64,000 nucleotides of DNA from an uncultured delta proteobacterium (GCA_963815115.1 CAWFFN010000009.1:960001-1024000); one strand, 5' to 3'; counted from the first letter of the stretch, positions 52,350 to 62,283 are shown. Notes: a model not told the origin generated them from the sequence alone. Program-made: numbers and translations.

Positions 52350-52553
52350 TCAGTCGAGCTTGTTGACGTTCGCCGCTTGCAGTCCCTTGGGTCCCTGGGT
52401 CACCTCGAACTGGACCCGCTGGCCCTGCTCGAGGGTTCGGAACCCGCTTCCGCCGATCGCGCTGTAGTGCACGAAGACGTCTTCCCCTTCATCGGTGGTG
52501 ATGAAGCCGTACCCCTTCTGGCCGTTGAACCACTTGACCTTGCCCTGTGCCAC
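52350..52553 (-). CDS. csp: cold-shock protein (67 aa)
   Basis: GKVKWFN, KGYGFI (RNP1), DVFVHYS (RNP2); GTG start with GGGAAGGGAG RBS. Confidence 0.97.
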   Translation of the reverse strand: MAQGKVKWFNGQKGYGFITTDEGEDVFVHYSAIGGSGFRTLEQGQRVQFEVTQGPKGLQAANVNKLD

Positions 52554-52651
52554 GGAACTTCTCCCTTCCCTCTGTTGCTGTCGAGCCGCGCCGGACAAGC
52601 GAGGGAAAGACGCTTGGTGCCTTCTCCTCAACAAACCAGCGAACGCGGCGG

Positions 52652-52681
52652 CAGATAGCACAGCGACTCCCGAGAAGGCAA
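52652..52681 (-). promoter_or_regulatory. csp promoter candidate, implying a 5' UTR of about 90 nt
   Basis: TTGCCT-18nt-TATCTG with extended TG on the minus strand. Confidence 0.5.
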
Positions 52682-52750
52682 CATGAACTGCGCAAAATAC
52701 CGCGCCCTGCGCGGTTGCAACCAGCAAGGCCCTTCCCTTAAGAGGGCGCC

Positions 52751-53755
52751 ATGACGGTGGGTGCCGGGCCTGGGCCCGCCGCCGCGACGCTGCCGCGCCG
52801 GCACGACGCACGCTCCCGCCGGCCGCGGCGTCGCCGCACCACCTCGCCGGTGCGCGACCGCCTCGAGTACGTCGCGCTGAGAGGGGTCGTGGGTCTCCTC
52901 GCCGCGCTCCCGCTCGGGCTCTCGTTCCGCGTCGCCGAGGCCGTCACGCTGCTGGTCTACTGGCTGGCCGCCCCGCTCCGACGCGTCGGGCTCACCAACC
53001 TCGCGATCGCGTTTCCCGAGCGGCCGCTCGCCGAGCGCAAGCGCATCCTGCGCGAGTCGATGCTGAACCTCGGCCGCATGGCCGCGGAGCTCGCGCACCT
53101 GCCCCGCCTGAGCGACGAGCAGCTGCGCGAGATGGTCCGCTTCGAGGACGAGGCCTGGTGGCGCGAAGCCATCACCTGGGAGCGGCCGACGGGAGTCCTC
53201 ATCCTGAGCGGCCACTTCGGCAACTGGGAGCTCCAGGTCTATGCCCACGGTCGCCGCGGCCACCCGATCACCATGGTGCACCGTCCGATCCGGAACCCGC
53301 TCATCGACCGCTGGCTGAACGAGTTCCGCGCGCGCGCCGGCACGCGCCTCATCCGCAAGCACCACGGCGCCGGCCAGGTGCTGCGCGCGCTGCGCGAGAA
53401 GGCGCTGCTGGTGATCCCGTTCGACCAGAACTCGACCCGCGGTCTGGGTGTGTTCGTCGACTTCTTCGGCCTGCCGGCCAGCACCAACGCCGGCATCGCC
53501 CGCATCGGTCTGCGCGCCGATGCGCCGATCGTCCCCGGCTTCATGGTCCGCCAGGGGCGCAGCGCGCGCCACGTCATCCACGTGCTGCCCATCATCAATC
53601 CGGAGCACACCGGTGACCCGAAGGCCGACGTGCTCCGCACCACCGCGCAGCTGTCGGCGATCTTCGAGGACATGGTGCGCCGCCATCCCGAGCAGTGGCT
53701 GTGGGTGCACAAGCGCTGGAAGACGCGCCCGCCGGGCGAGCCGAAGATCTACTGA
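52751..53755 (+). CDS. lpxL: lipid A biosynthesis acyltransferase (LpxL/HtrB family)
   Basis: [34 protein letters not shown]. Confidence 0.9.
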   Translation: MTVGAGPGPAAATLPRRHDARSRRPRRRRTTSPVRDRLEYVALRGVVGLLAALPLGLSFRVAEAVTLLVYWLAAPLRRVGLTNLAIAFPERPLAERKRILRESMLNLGRMAAELAHLPRLSDEQLREMVRFEDEAWWREAITWERPTGVLILSGHFGNWELQVYAHGRRGHPITMVHRPIRNPLIDRWLNEFRARAGTRLIRKHHGAGQVLRALREKALLVIPFDQNSTRGLGVFVDFFGLPASTNAGIARIGLRADAPIVPGFMVRQGRSARHVIHVLPIINPEHTGDPKADVLRTTAQLSAIFEDMVRRHPEQWLWVHKRWKTRPPGEPKIY

Positions 53756-53766
53756 TCCGCCGAAGC

Positions 53767-53795
53767 TTGACGGGCGTGGTCGATCGCTCTAAGCA
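53767..53795 (+). promoter_or_regulatory. promoter candidate for a leaderless tetR transcript
   Basis: TTGACG-17nt-TAAGCA-7nt-GTG, no SD. Confidence 0.55.
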
Positions 53796-53802
53796 GTCGC
53801 TC

Positions 53803-54438
53803 GTGAACAAGACGGCGCTCGAGAAGGCGCGCGAGGCGCCCGGGTCCACCAAGGCCCGCATCCTGTCGGCGGCGGAGGAGGTGTTCGCCTCGCGGGGGTT
53901 CCCGGGAGCGTCGACGCGCGAGATCGCGGCCCGGGCGGGCGTCAACATCTCGAGCCTGCACTACCACTGGGCCTCGAAGGAGACGCTCTACTTCGCCGTC
54001 TTCCGCAACATCTTCGATCGCCTGGTCGACCTCGTGCGGGACGCCCTCGAGCCGCTGCAGGCCCAGCACCAGGATCGCAAGGCCATCATCGATCAGACCA
54101 TGGATCGTCTCTTCGACTTCTTCGCGGACAACCCCAACGTGCCGAAGCTCCTCGTCCGCCGCATCGTGGAGAATACGGACATCGACGTGGGCGTCGAACG
54201 GGACGTGCTGGTCCCGGCCTGGGGCGTGTTCTCGGCGTGGATGAAGCGGCTCGGCCAGAAGCTCTCAGACATCGACTCCCGGCTCTTCATGCTCACGCTC
54301 AACTCCGTGATGCTGGTCTATCTTCTCGACAGCCAGTCCTATCAGAGCGTCCTCGGCGGCAGCGTGCGGAGCGGCCCGCTGCGCGAGCAGGTGCAGGGCC
54401 ACGTGCGGCGGCTGGTGCAGGTGCTGCTCGGCATCTGA
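53803..54438 (+). CDS. TetR/AcrR family transcriptional regulator
   Basis: RILSAAEEVFASRGF..STREIAARAGVNISSLHYHW.SKE HTH. Confidence 0.93.
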   Translation: MNKTALEKAREAPGSTKARILSAAEEVFASRGFPGASTREIAARAGVNISSLHYHWASKETLYFAVFRNIFDRLVDLVRDALEPLQAQHQDRKAIIDQTMDRLFDFFADNPNVPKLLVRRIVENTDIDVGVERDVLVPAWGVFSAWMKRLGQKLSDIDSRLFMLTLNSVMLVYLLDSQSYQSVLGGSVRSGPLREQVQGHVRRLVQVLLGI

Positions 54439-54453
54439 CGCCCGCGGATTGGC

Positions 54454-55457
54454 ATGCGCGCTCTCATCACCGCCTCCTTCGACCCGGCCGCGAAGGCGCG
54501 CCTCGCGCGCCACATGGACGTGGTGCACGAGGACTGGAAGGAGCGTCAGTCCATCTACTTCGACGGCGCCGTGTTCGCGAAGCGCATCACGGAGGCCGCG
54601 GCCGACGTGCTCATCGTGGAGGCCGACCTGGTGCACTCGGAGGTGCTCGACGCCTGTCCCTCAGGATGATCGGCGTTTGCCGCGGCGATCCGGTCAACGT
54701 CGACCTCGAGTTCGCCACCCGCAAGGGCATCCCCGTCTTCCACACCCCGGGCCGCAACGCCGACGCGGTCGCCGATCTGACCCTCGCCTTCATCCTCATG
54801 CTGGCGCGCCATCTCCCGGCCGTCTGCAGCGCCTACCGCGGCGGCGAGGCCACCCGCGTCGAGCGGGCGAGCGACTACCTCGAGATGTACACGCGCTTCA
54901 CCGGCGTCGAGCTGGGCGGCCTCACCGTCGGCCTGGTCGGCCTCGGCGCCGTCGGCCGGGAGGTCGCCGCGCGGCTCGCCGCCTTCAAGGCGCGCCTCCT
55001 GGCCTACGATCCCTACGTGCGGGAGGCTCCCGCCGGCGTCACGCTGTGCGATCTGGAGACGGTCCTGCGCGATGCCGACGTCGTGTCGCTGCACGCGCCC
55101 GTGACGGTGGAAACGCAGGGCCTCCTCTCGGCCGAGCGGCTCGCCCTCATGAAGCCCGGCGCGCTCTTCATCAACACCGCGCGCGCCGCGCTCGCCGACG
55201 AGGACGCGCTCTACGACATGCTGCGGACCGGGCGGATCGCCGGCGCCGCGCTCGACGTGCTGGCCCAGGAGCCGCTCCAGCCCGGCAACCGCTTCCTGGC
55301 GCTCCCGAACGTCGTCGTCACCCCGCATCTCGGCGGCGCCACGACCGACGTCACCCGGCACCACAGCGACATCATCGTCGACGCCATGGAGCGCTGGCTG
55401 CGCGGCGAGCGGCCGCGCTGGATCGCGAATCCCGCGGTGGCCGGCGGACGAGGCTGA
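54454..55457 (+). pseudogene. D-2-hydroxyacid (PGDH-like) dehydrogenase split by a 1-nt frameshift (pseudogene or assembly error)
   Basis: N-part 54454..54669 and C-part from ~54660 (NVDL, TPGRNADAVA, GLVGLGAVG, INTARA, TPHLGG); one extra C at 54658-60 restores DACPLRMIG. Confidence 0.8.
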
Positions 55458-55459
55458 AC

Positions 55460-56974
55460 GTGGCAACGGACGTCCTCGTCACGCTCGACGCCGGCACCGG
55501 CTCCGGCCGCTGCGTCGTGTTCGACGTCCGCGGCCAGCCGATCGCCGCCGCCCAGGAGGCGCTCAGCTACCGGTTCTTCACCGATCCCGACCTGCCGCTC
55601 GTACGTGGCTTCGATCTCGACCCGGTGGCGTTCTGGGAGACGCTCGGCCGCTGCGCGCGCGAGGCGCTGGCGCAGCTGCCGGCCGACGCCCGCATCCGGG
55701 GCGTCATCGCCACCGCGCAGCGCGAGGGCTGCGTCTTTCTCGATCGCGACGGCCAGGTCCTGTACGCCGGTCCGAACCTCGACGCCCGCGCCGTCGTCCA
55801 GGGCATGGAGGTGCAGAGCCTGATCGCTCCCGAGCGCCTGCACGCCATCACCGGGCACGCGCCGCCCTACATCTTTCCGGTGTCGCGCTTCCTCTGGTTT
55901 CGCCAGCATCACGACGCCCGGCGGATCGCCACGCTGTTCATGCTGAACGACTGGATCGCCCACCTGCTCGCGGGCGCCCGCGTGGCGGAGCACTCGAACG
56001 CCAGCGAGTCCATGCTCTACGACGTCACGCGCCGCACCTGGTCCGACGAGATCCTGGAGACCCTCGACATCCCGCCCGAGATCCTGCCGGCGCTGTGCGA
56101 GGCCGGAACGCTGGTCGGTCGGGTGTCGGCGGGGGCCGCCACCATGACCGGCATCCCGGAAGGTACCCCGGTGTTCGCGGGCGGAGCGGACACCGAGAGC
56201 GCGCTCCTCGGCAGCGCGGTGCACGAGACCGGCCAGCTCGGCGCCGTGCTCGGCACGACCACGCCCGTGCAGCTCGTCGTCGACCGGCCGATGCTCGACG
56301 CCGGCTGCAACCTGTGGACCAGCCCGCACGTCGTCGCCGGCCACTGGGTGCTCGAGAGCAACGGGGGGGATACGGGCAGTGCGTACCGCTGGCTGCTCGA
56401 CCTGTTCTGTGGCGGTGTCGACGCCGGGGCGCACGAGGTGGCCGAGTCGGCGATGGCAGCCGTGGCTCCGGGCCCGCAGCAGATATTCTGCCACCTCGGT
56501 CCCGCGGTGTTCGATCTGCGCAACATGAATCCGTTCCAGCCGGCCGGGCTGCTCTTCCGTTTTCCGCTCCTGCACATCGACCGCCCGAACCGTGGCGAGC
56601 TGCTGCGCGCCTTCTTCGACAACGTCGCCTATGCCATCCGCGGCAACTGCGAGCAGATCGCGGCGGTCGCGGGAGAGAGAGCCCCCACGCTCTGGGTGAG
56701 CGGCGGCATGACGCGAAGCCCGACCCTGCTCCGGCTCGTCGCCACGACGCTCGGCGTGCCCCTCGGCGTGGCGGAGGTACCCGAAAGCGCGAGCCTCGGC
56801 TGCGCCATCCTCGCCGCCGTCGGCGCCGGGCTCCACCCCGATCTGCGGGCGGCGGTTGCGGAGATGGTGCGTACCCGGACCGTCGAGCCCGACGTCGCGC
56901 ACCAGAGTGCGTTCGACGAGCGCTATCGCAAGTGGCGCGAGCTGTACGCTTCCCTGCACAGCTGGACAATCTAA
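55460..56974 (+). CDS. FGGY carbohydrate kinase, LsrK (AI-2 kinase)-like
   Basis: LDAGTGSGR, TAQREG, YAGPNLDARA, GGADT, SGGM. Confidence 0.85.
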   Translation: MATDVLVTLDAGTGSGRCVVFDVRGQPIAAAQEALSYRFFTDPDLPLVRGFDLDPVAFWETLGRCAREALAQLPADARIRGVIATAQREGCVFLDRDGQVLYAGPNLDARAVVQGMEVQSLIAPERLHAITGHAPPYIFPVSRFLWFRQHHDARRIATLFMLNDWIAHLLAGARVAEHSNASESMLYDVTRRTWSDEILETLDIPPEILPALCEAGTLVGRVSAGAATMTGIPEGTPVFAGGADTESALLGSAVHETGQLGAVLGTTTPVQLVVDRPMLDAGCNLWTSPHVVAGHWVLESNGGDTGSAYRWLLDLFCGGVDAGAHEVAESAMAAVAPGPQQIFCHLGPAVFDLRNMNPFQPAGLLFRFPLLHIDRPNRGELLRAFFDNVAYAIRGNCEQIAAVAGERAPTLWVSGGMTRSPTLLRLVATTLGVPLGVAEVPESASLGCAILAAVGAGLHPDLRAAVAEMVRTRTVEPDVAHQSAFDERYRKWRELYASLHSWTI

Positions 56975-56979
56975 GCGCG

Positions 56980-57140
56980 CGACCCGAGACTGCGTCTCGG
57001 GTCGGGACGGAGAGCGAGAGTTGGAACTCGATGCACAGTGCGGCTGTCGTGCCGCGGCCGGCGGGGGGACGCCACGAGCCGGCGGCGCGCGTGCACCGAG
57101 GACCGCGAGCGAGCGGGGTCCTCGATCCCGACCGTCCCGA
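56980..57140. other. highly structured intergenic leader (hairpin plus multibranch fold)
   Basis: 11-bp hairpin 56980-57004; TCGGGACGG/CCGTCCCGA closing stem; internal CGAGGACC/GGTCCTCG and TGCAC/GTGCA arms. Confidence 0.55.
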
Positions 57141-57145
57141 GTGCC

Positions 57146-57814
57146 ATGAGCGAGGAGCCGGCGATCCTCGGCGTGTGCTTCGACCTCGACGGCACGCTGG
57201 TCGACAGCGAGCGCCTGCAGTGGGAGGCCTATCGCCGCGTGCTGGCCGACCACGGGGTCGACATCGGGCTCGACGAGTATCGGCGTCACTTCATCGCCGT
57301 CGCCGGGGGCGCGGAGTATGCCTGCCGGCGCTATGGGCTGCCCATCGACGCCGCGACGCTGCGCGCGCGCAAGGGGGCGGTCTACGGCGGGCTGATCGCG
57401 CGCGGCGTGCCGCCGATCACGGGGGCACGCGCCTGCCTCGAGCGCCTGCACGACGGCTGGAAGCTCGCGGTGGTGACCAACTCGACGCGCGCCGAGGCGA
57501 CGACCATCCTCGAGCCGCTGGGATTCGGGTCGCTGCTGGACGTCCTGGTCGCGCGCGAGGATTACCCGAGCGCCAAGCCCGCCCCCGACGCCTACCTCGC
57601 CGCTGCCGCGGCCCTCGGCATTCCCGCGCCCGCCTGCGTCGCGGTCGAGGACACCCCGCGCGGGCTGGTCGCGGCGCGCGCGGCGGAGATGCGGGTCGTC
57701 GCCGTGCCGGGCGAGCTCACCGCCGACCAGGACTTCACCGGCGCGTGGCGCCGGCTGCCCGACCTCGACGCCCTCACGCCCGCTCTCCTGCGCGAAGCCG
57801 GAGCGGCCTCGTGA
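57146..57814 (+). CDS. HAD family phosphatase
   Basis: FDLDGTLVDSE, VTNS, KPAPD, VEDTPRG. Confidence 0.92.
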   Translation: MSEEPAILGVCFDLDGTLVDSERLQWEAYRRVLADHGVDIGLDEYRRHFIAVAGGAEYACRRYGLPIDAATLRARKGAVYGGLIARGVPPITGARACLERLHDGWKLAVVTNSTRAEATTILEPLGFGSLLDVLVAREDYPSAKPAPDAYLAAAAALGIPAPACVAVEDTPRGLVAARAAEMRVVAVPGELTADQDFTGAWRRLPDLDALTPALLREAGAAS

Positions 57815-58764
57815 CGGGACGGCCGATGCTCGAGCTGCGCGACGTCACGAAGCGCTTCGGCTCGGTCGAGGCCGTTCTCGGCATCAGCTTCACGGTGCGC
57901 GAAGGCGAGATCGTCGGCTTCCTCGGTCCCAACGGCGCCGGCAAGACGACCACCATGCGTATCCTCGCGGGCATCTTCCCGCCCAGCTCGGGGGAGGTGC
58001 GCGTTGCCGGCCACGATCCCCTTCGCGAGCCGCTCGCCTGCCGGCGCGCCGTCGGCTACTTCCCCGAGTACGCCCCGTTCTATCCCGAGCTCAGCGTGCG
58101 CGGGTATCTCGGCCTGGTCGCGCGGCTGAAGCGGCTGCCGTCGGCGGCCCGGGCCGGCGCGGTCGCGCGCGTGCTGGCCGACTGCGGGCTCGAGGACGTC
58201 GCGCCCCGCCGCGTCGGCACCCTCTCGAAGGGCTACCGCCAGCGCGTCGGGTTGGCCCAGGCGCTGTGCGGCGACCCGCCGATCCTGATCCTCGACGAGC
58301 CGACGATCGGTCTCGACCCCGCGCAGGTCGTCGAGATCCGGGAGCTGGTGCGCGGGCTGCGCGGCAACCGGACCGTGCTGTTCTCGAGCCACATCCTCTC
58401 CGAGGTCGAGGCGCTCTGCGAACGGGTCGTCGTGATCGCTCGCGGCCGCATCGTCGGCGAGGGCACGCCGGCGGAGCTGGCGGCGCGCCTCGGCCGGCGC
58501 CAGCGGGTCGTGCTGCGCGTGTCCGGCTCCGTCGAGGCGGCACGGGTCGCGCTGGCGGCGATCCCCGGCGCTCCGCGCCTCGAGGAGGCAAGGGGCAGCT
58601 CGGGCACCTTCGTGCTCGAGGGAGCGAGCGACGGCGATCTCGCCCGCCTCGCCGGTGAAGCCGTGCAGCGCGCCGGCCTCGGGCTTCTCGAGCTGCGCCA
58701 GGAGCCTCTCGACCTCGAGGAGGTTTTCCTCCACCTGATCCGCGGCGAGGAGCGCGCGTCGTGA
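57811..58764 (+). CDS. ABC transporter ATP-binding protein (GldA-like)
   Basis: GPNGAGKTT, LSKGYRQR, ILDEPT, SSH; start 57811 (GTG) or 57826 (ATG). Confidence 0.93.
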   Translation: MTGRPMLELRDVTKRFGSVEAVLGISFTVREGEIVGFLGPNGAGKTTTMRILAGIFPPSSGEVRVAGHDPLREPLACRRAVGYFPEYAPFYPELSVRGYLGLVARLKRLPSAARAGAVARVLADCGLEDVAPRRVGTLSKGYRQRVGLAQALCGDPPILILDEPTIGLDPAQVVEIRELVRGLRGNRTVLFSSHILSEVEALCERVVVIARGRIVGEGTPAELAARLGRRQRVVLRVSGSVEAARVALAAIPGAPRLEEARGSSGTFVLEGASDGDLARLAGEAVQRAGLGLLELRQEPLDLEEVFLHLIRGEERAS

Positions 58765-59501
58765 GCGCGTTCGCGATCGCGGGCAAGGAGCTCGCGCTCT
58801 ACTTCACGTCGCTCGTCTTCTACGCGCTCGCCACCGTCTTCCTCGGCCTGTCGGGCTATCTCTTCTACACCAACCTCGACTTCTACGTCCGCTTCGGCGG
58901 CATGAACCTGATCCTCGGGCTCTGGCAGTACCAGTTCTACGACATGCGCCAGCTGCTGCTCGTGCTGGTGCCCCTGCTCACCATGCGGTTGTTCGCCGAG
59001 GAGCGCCGTCTCGGCACCCTCGAGCTGCTCTGGACCTACCCCCTGCGCGACGTCGAGATCGTCGCCGGCAAGTTCCTCGCCTGCCTCGTCGTGCTGGTCG
59101 CGATCATCCTTCCCACGCTCGCCTACCCCCTCCTCCTCTCCCGCTTCCAGGAGATCGCGTGGGGGCCGCTGCTCGCCGGCTACCTCGGACTGCTGCTCCT
59201 CGCCGCCGCCTTCGCCGCCTGCGGGCTCTTCCTCTCCGCGCTCACCGACAGCCAGCTGGTGGCGGGCGCGGCGACCTACGGTGTCCTCCTCTTCTTCTGG
59301 ATCATCACCTGGAACGAGGCGGCGGTGAGCGAGCGAGCGCTCGCGCTGCTGCGGCCGTTCTCGCTCTTCGATCGCTTCCAGGTCTTCATGCGCGGTGGTA
59401 TCGACACGCGCGACGTGAGCTACCTCGTGCTCTTCGCCCTGACCTTCCTGGCCTTCACGTTCCTGGCGCTCGACTCGCGGCGCTGGCGAGGGCTGCGGTG
59501 A
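58761..59501 (+). CDS. ABC-2 permease (GldF-like)
   Basis: PLLTMRLFAEERRLGTLELL, GKFLA, SALTDSQ. Confidence 0.9.
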   Translation: MSAFAIAGKELALYFTSLVFYALATVFLGLSGYLFYTNLDFYVRFGGMNLILGLWQYQFYDMRQLLLVLVPLLTMRLFAEERRLGTLELLWTYPLRDVEIVAGKFLACLVVLVAIILPTLAYPLLLSRFQEIAWGPLLAGYLGLLLLAAAFAACGLFLSALTDSQLVAGAATYGVLLFFWIITWNEAAVSERALALLRPFSLFDRFQVFMRGGIDTRDVSYLVLFALTFLAFTFLALDSRRWRGLR

Positions 59502-60874
59502 CGGGCGTACGCCGGGGAACGCGGGGCTGGTCGCAGCTGGCGCTGGAGGCGGCGCTGATCGTCGCCGCGGTCGGCCTGCTCCAGGTGCTGGCCGAGCGCA
59601 CCAACCGCCGCCTCGACCTGACGCCGTCACGGTCGCTGTCGCTCTCGACGGTGACCCGCAACGTCCTGGCCCAGGTCGACTCGCCCCTGCATCTCACGGT
59701 CTTCTTCCGGCGCGGCGAGCGCGAGACCTACTCCGGCCTGCTCGAGCGCCTGCGCGCCGAGAACCCGCGGATCACCTACGACCTGCTCGACCTCGACCGC
59801 TATCCCGAGCGGGCGCGGAGCTACGGCATCACGCAGTACGGGCGCGCGGCGCTCGAGTACCAGGGGCACCGGAGCGTCGCGCCCGCGCTTCCCGAGGAGC
59901 AGCTCGCCGGCGGCATCCTGGAGGCCGTGCGCGGGCGCCGCCGGCGCGCCGTGCTCACGTCGGGCCACGGCGAGCGCGTGCCGGGCGGCGAGTCGCAGGG
60001 TCTCGGCCGCCTGGCCGCCGGTCTCGAAGCGGAGAACTTCAGCCTCGACGTCGTCTCCCTGCTCGACGGCACGCTGCCCGTGGGCACCGACCTGGTGATC
60101 GTCGCCGGTCCCCGCCACGACTTTCTCCCCGCGGAGCTCGAGGTGCTGGCGCGCCATCTGAAGGCCGGCGGCGGCCTCGTCCTGTTGCTCGATCCGGCCT
60201 CGCTGCCCAACCTGAGCGGCTTTCTCGAGAGCATGGGGCTCATCCTCGGCGACGACTTCGTGGTCGACCACGAGCATCGCGTCCTCGCGACCGACGGCCT
60301 CGCCGCGGTGGTCGAGCGCTTCCGGCGCGGCAATCCCGTCTCCGAGCCGGACCGCAATCCGATCGACAGCGGCGTGGTGCTGCCCTCGGCGCGCACGGTG
60401 GACGTCGCGCGCGAGGTCCCGGGTGTGACCGCCGAGAGCATCGCGCGCACCGCGGACTCGGCGTGGGCGATGGCGGATGCCGACCGGGCACGACGCGGCG
60501 AGGAGCCGTCGAAGGCGGCGCGCGACCTGCCGGGACCGCTCTCGGTGATGGTGCTCGCCGAGGTCGGCGGCGGCGAGGGAGCTCCGCGAGGCCGGCTGGT
60601 CGTGATCGGTGACTCGGACTTCGCCACCGACGCCTACATCGACCTCCTCGGCAATCGCGACGTCGCCATGAACGCCGTCGCCTGGGCCGGGGGCGAGCCG
60701 GTGCTCACCGGCGAGCGACCGAAGAACGCCCCGGAGGTCCAGCGCCCGCTCTCTCCGCTGGTGCTGACCGAGGCGCAGGCGCGCCGCCTGCTCACCACCG
60801 TCGCCGTGCTGCTGCCGGGGCTCGTGCTCCTGAGCGGGCTCGTCGTGGTGGCGATCCGCCGGCGCGCGGGGTGA
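59498..60874 (+). CDS. GldG-like ABC transporter auxiliary protein
   Basis: RLDLT..SLS..T, GHGE, AGPRHDF, RLVVIGDSDF, GNRD..NAVAW, C-terminal TM. Confidence 0.85.
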   Translation: MTGVRRGTRGWSQLALEAALIVAAVGLLQVLAERTNRRLDLTPSRSLSLSTVTRNVLAQVDSPLHLTVFFRRGERETYSGLLERLRAENPRITYDLLDLDRYPERARSYGITQYGRAALEYQGHRSVAPALPEEQLAGGILEAVRGRRRRAVLTSGHGERVPGGESQGLGRLAAGLEAENFSLDVVSLLDGTLPVGTDLVIVAGPRHDFLPAELEVLARHLKAGGGLVLLLDPASLPNLSGFLESMGLILGDDFVVDHEHRVLATDGLAAVVERFRRGNPVSEPDRNPIDSGVVLPSARTVDVAREVPGVTAESIARTADSAWAMADADRARRGEEPSKAARDLPGPLSVMVLAEVGGGEGAPRGRLVVIGDSDFATDAYIDLLGNRDVAMNAVAWAGGEPVLTGERPKNAPEVQRPLSPLVLTEAQARRLLTTVAVLLPGLVLLSGLVVVAIRRRAG

Positions 60875-60889
60875 TCCCTGCGGCGTCTG

Positions 60890-61600
60890 GTGCCGCTGCT
60901 GCTGCTCGTCGCCGTCGCGGCAGCGCTCGTGATCGTAGTGGAGGGTCCGCGGCGCGTGTCGGGTCCGGATTCGGTCCGCGGTCCGCACGTGTTACGCGTG
61001 CGGCCCGGCGCGGTCCGCAAACTCGAGATCGAGGCCGGGCCGCGGCATCTCTCGGCCGTGCGTTCGGCGAGCGGCTGGCTGCTCGACGGGCATCCCGCCA
61101 CGGCCGCGGCCGCGGACGCCCTCGAGACCCTCGTGGTCACGCTGGCGAGCCTGCGGGCGGTGGACGCGTTTCGCCCCGCCGACAGGCAGGCCCTCGGTCT
61201 CGAGCCTCCGGCGGCGATCATCACCCTCGGGACCCGCCGCGGTGATCAGCGCCTCCGGCTGGGCACCCTCAACGCGGCCGGCAGCGCTCTCTACGCGGAG
61301 CGCGACGGCCACCCGCGGGCGTTCCTGGCCGGCACCGGGCTGCTGACCGCGATCGAACGGGTCTTCTACCAGCACGATCTCGGTGGCAGCGACGCGACGG
61401 GTCCCGAGGCATCGCTGCCGCCGTTCCCCCGCGCGTCTCAGCGGGCAGTGGTGCGCGCGCGGAGGGCAGCGATGCGCTCTTCCGCCCGCGCCGCGCTGCG
61501 CTCGCGCAGCACGTGGTGCAGGACCCGAGCGCGCACGCTGTCGAGCGGCGGAGTGCGGGAGGGGACGCGCTCGTGGATCCAGACCAGGTGCAGCCCGTAG
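60890..61600 (+). CDS. DUF4340-like membrane-anchored protein
   Basis: N-terminal TM, W..LGLEPP..LRLG..YA pattern, position after gldG; both ends uncertain. Confidence 0.65.
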   Translation: MPLLLLVAVAAALVIVVEGPRRVSGPDSVRGPHVLRVRPGAVRKLEIEAGPRHLSAVRSASGWLLDGHPATAAAADALETLVVTLASLRAVDAFRPADRQALGLEPPAAIITLGTRRGDQRLRLGTLNAAGSALYAERDGHPRAFLAGTGLLTAIERVFYQHDLGGSDATGPEASLPPFPRASQRAVVRARRAAMRSSARAALRSRSTWCRTRARTLSSGGVREGTRSWIQTRCSP

Positions 61601-62283
61601 CTCGATCGCAGCGGGCCGATCCACGTCCCGAGCGGGGCCTCTTCGAGGCCGGTGGAGAACCCGGGTCCGAAACGGCGGTCGAGCTCCGCGCTGGCGATCG
61701 GACCGAGGTCCGTGCCGACGAGGGACGCATCTCCCCGCGCGCGAGCGTCGGCGGGAAGGACGTGATCGCGGCGCAGCTCGTCGAGCAGCGCTTCCGCGTC
61801 GGCCTCGAGTGCAGCCCCGTGACCGTCGCGAGCGAGGTACACGTGAGTGAAGCGGACCAGCGCAGGCGCGCGGAACGCTTCGGCATGCGCGGCGAGGTAC
61901 GCGCGCAGGTCGGCGTCGGTCGGCATGTCCGCGCCGTCGAGCCGCCCGGCCGCGAGGCGCATGATCTCCGCGAGATGGCGCCGCACGACGACGTCGCTGC
62001 GCTCGAGGCCGAGCCGCCGGGCCTCCTGCTCCAGGGCATCCCGCTCGCCACGCTCCTCGCCGACGAATCCGCCGAGGCGGACGAGGCGCTCGCGGACCGC
62101 CGGATCCTGGCGGTCGACTCCCAGCGCGAGAGCCTCGCGATAGAGCAGCTCCTCGTCGCTCGGCTCCGGTCCGCTCGGCGGCGCCGTCCGGGTGCGATCC
62201 GCGACCGCCTTCGCACCGAAGAGGAGCGCGCCGGCGAGGAGGAAGTGGAGCGCCGGTACGCGCAGGACTGATCGCATCGTCAT
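61438..62283 (-). CDS. PpiC-type peptidyl-prolyl isomerase-like protein (rotamase_2)
   Basis: [50 protein letters not shown]. Confidence 0.85.
   Translation of the reverse strand: MTMRSVLRVPALHFLLAGALLFGAKAVADRTRTAPPSGPEPSDEELLYREALALGVDRQDPAVRERLVRLGGFVGEERGERDALEQEARRLGLERSDVVVRRHLAEIMRLAAGRLDGADMPTDADLRAYLAAHAEAFRAPALVRFTHVYLARDGHGAALEADAEALLDELRRDHVLPADARARGDASLVGTDLGPIASAELDRRFGPGFSTGLEEAPLGTWIGPLRSSYGLHLVWIHERVPSRTPPLDSVRARVLHHVLRERSAARAEERIAALRARTTAR

Noticed and set aside
57002-57140. Glycine riboswitch or tRNA-like element
   Set aside because: GGAGAG and CACCGA are present but CUCUCAGG is missing; the minus-strand CGAG-TTCCAACT-CTCG loop is 8 nt and there is no D arm, anticodon arm or CCA
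57811-60874. Gliding motility function for the GldA/F/G-like ABC system
   Set aside because: This ABC family is widespread in non-gliding bacteria and no gldK-N or spr genes are present
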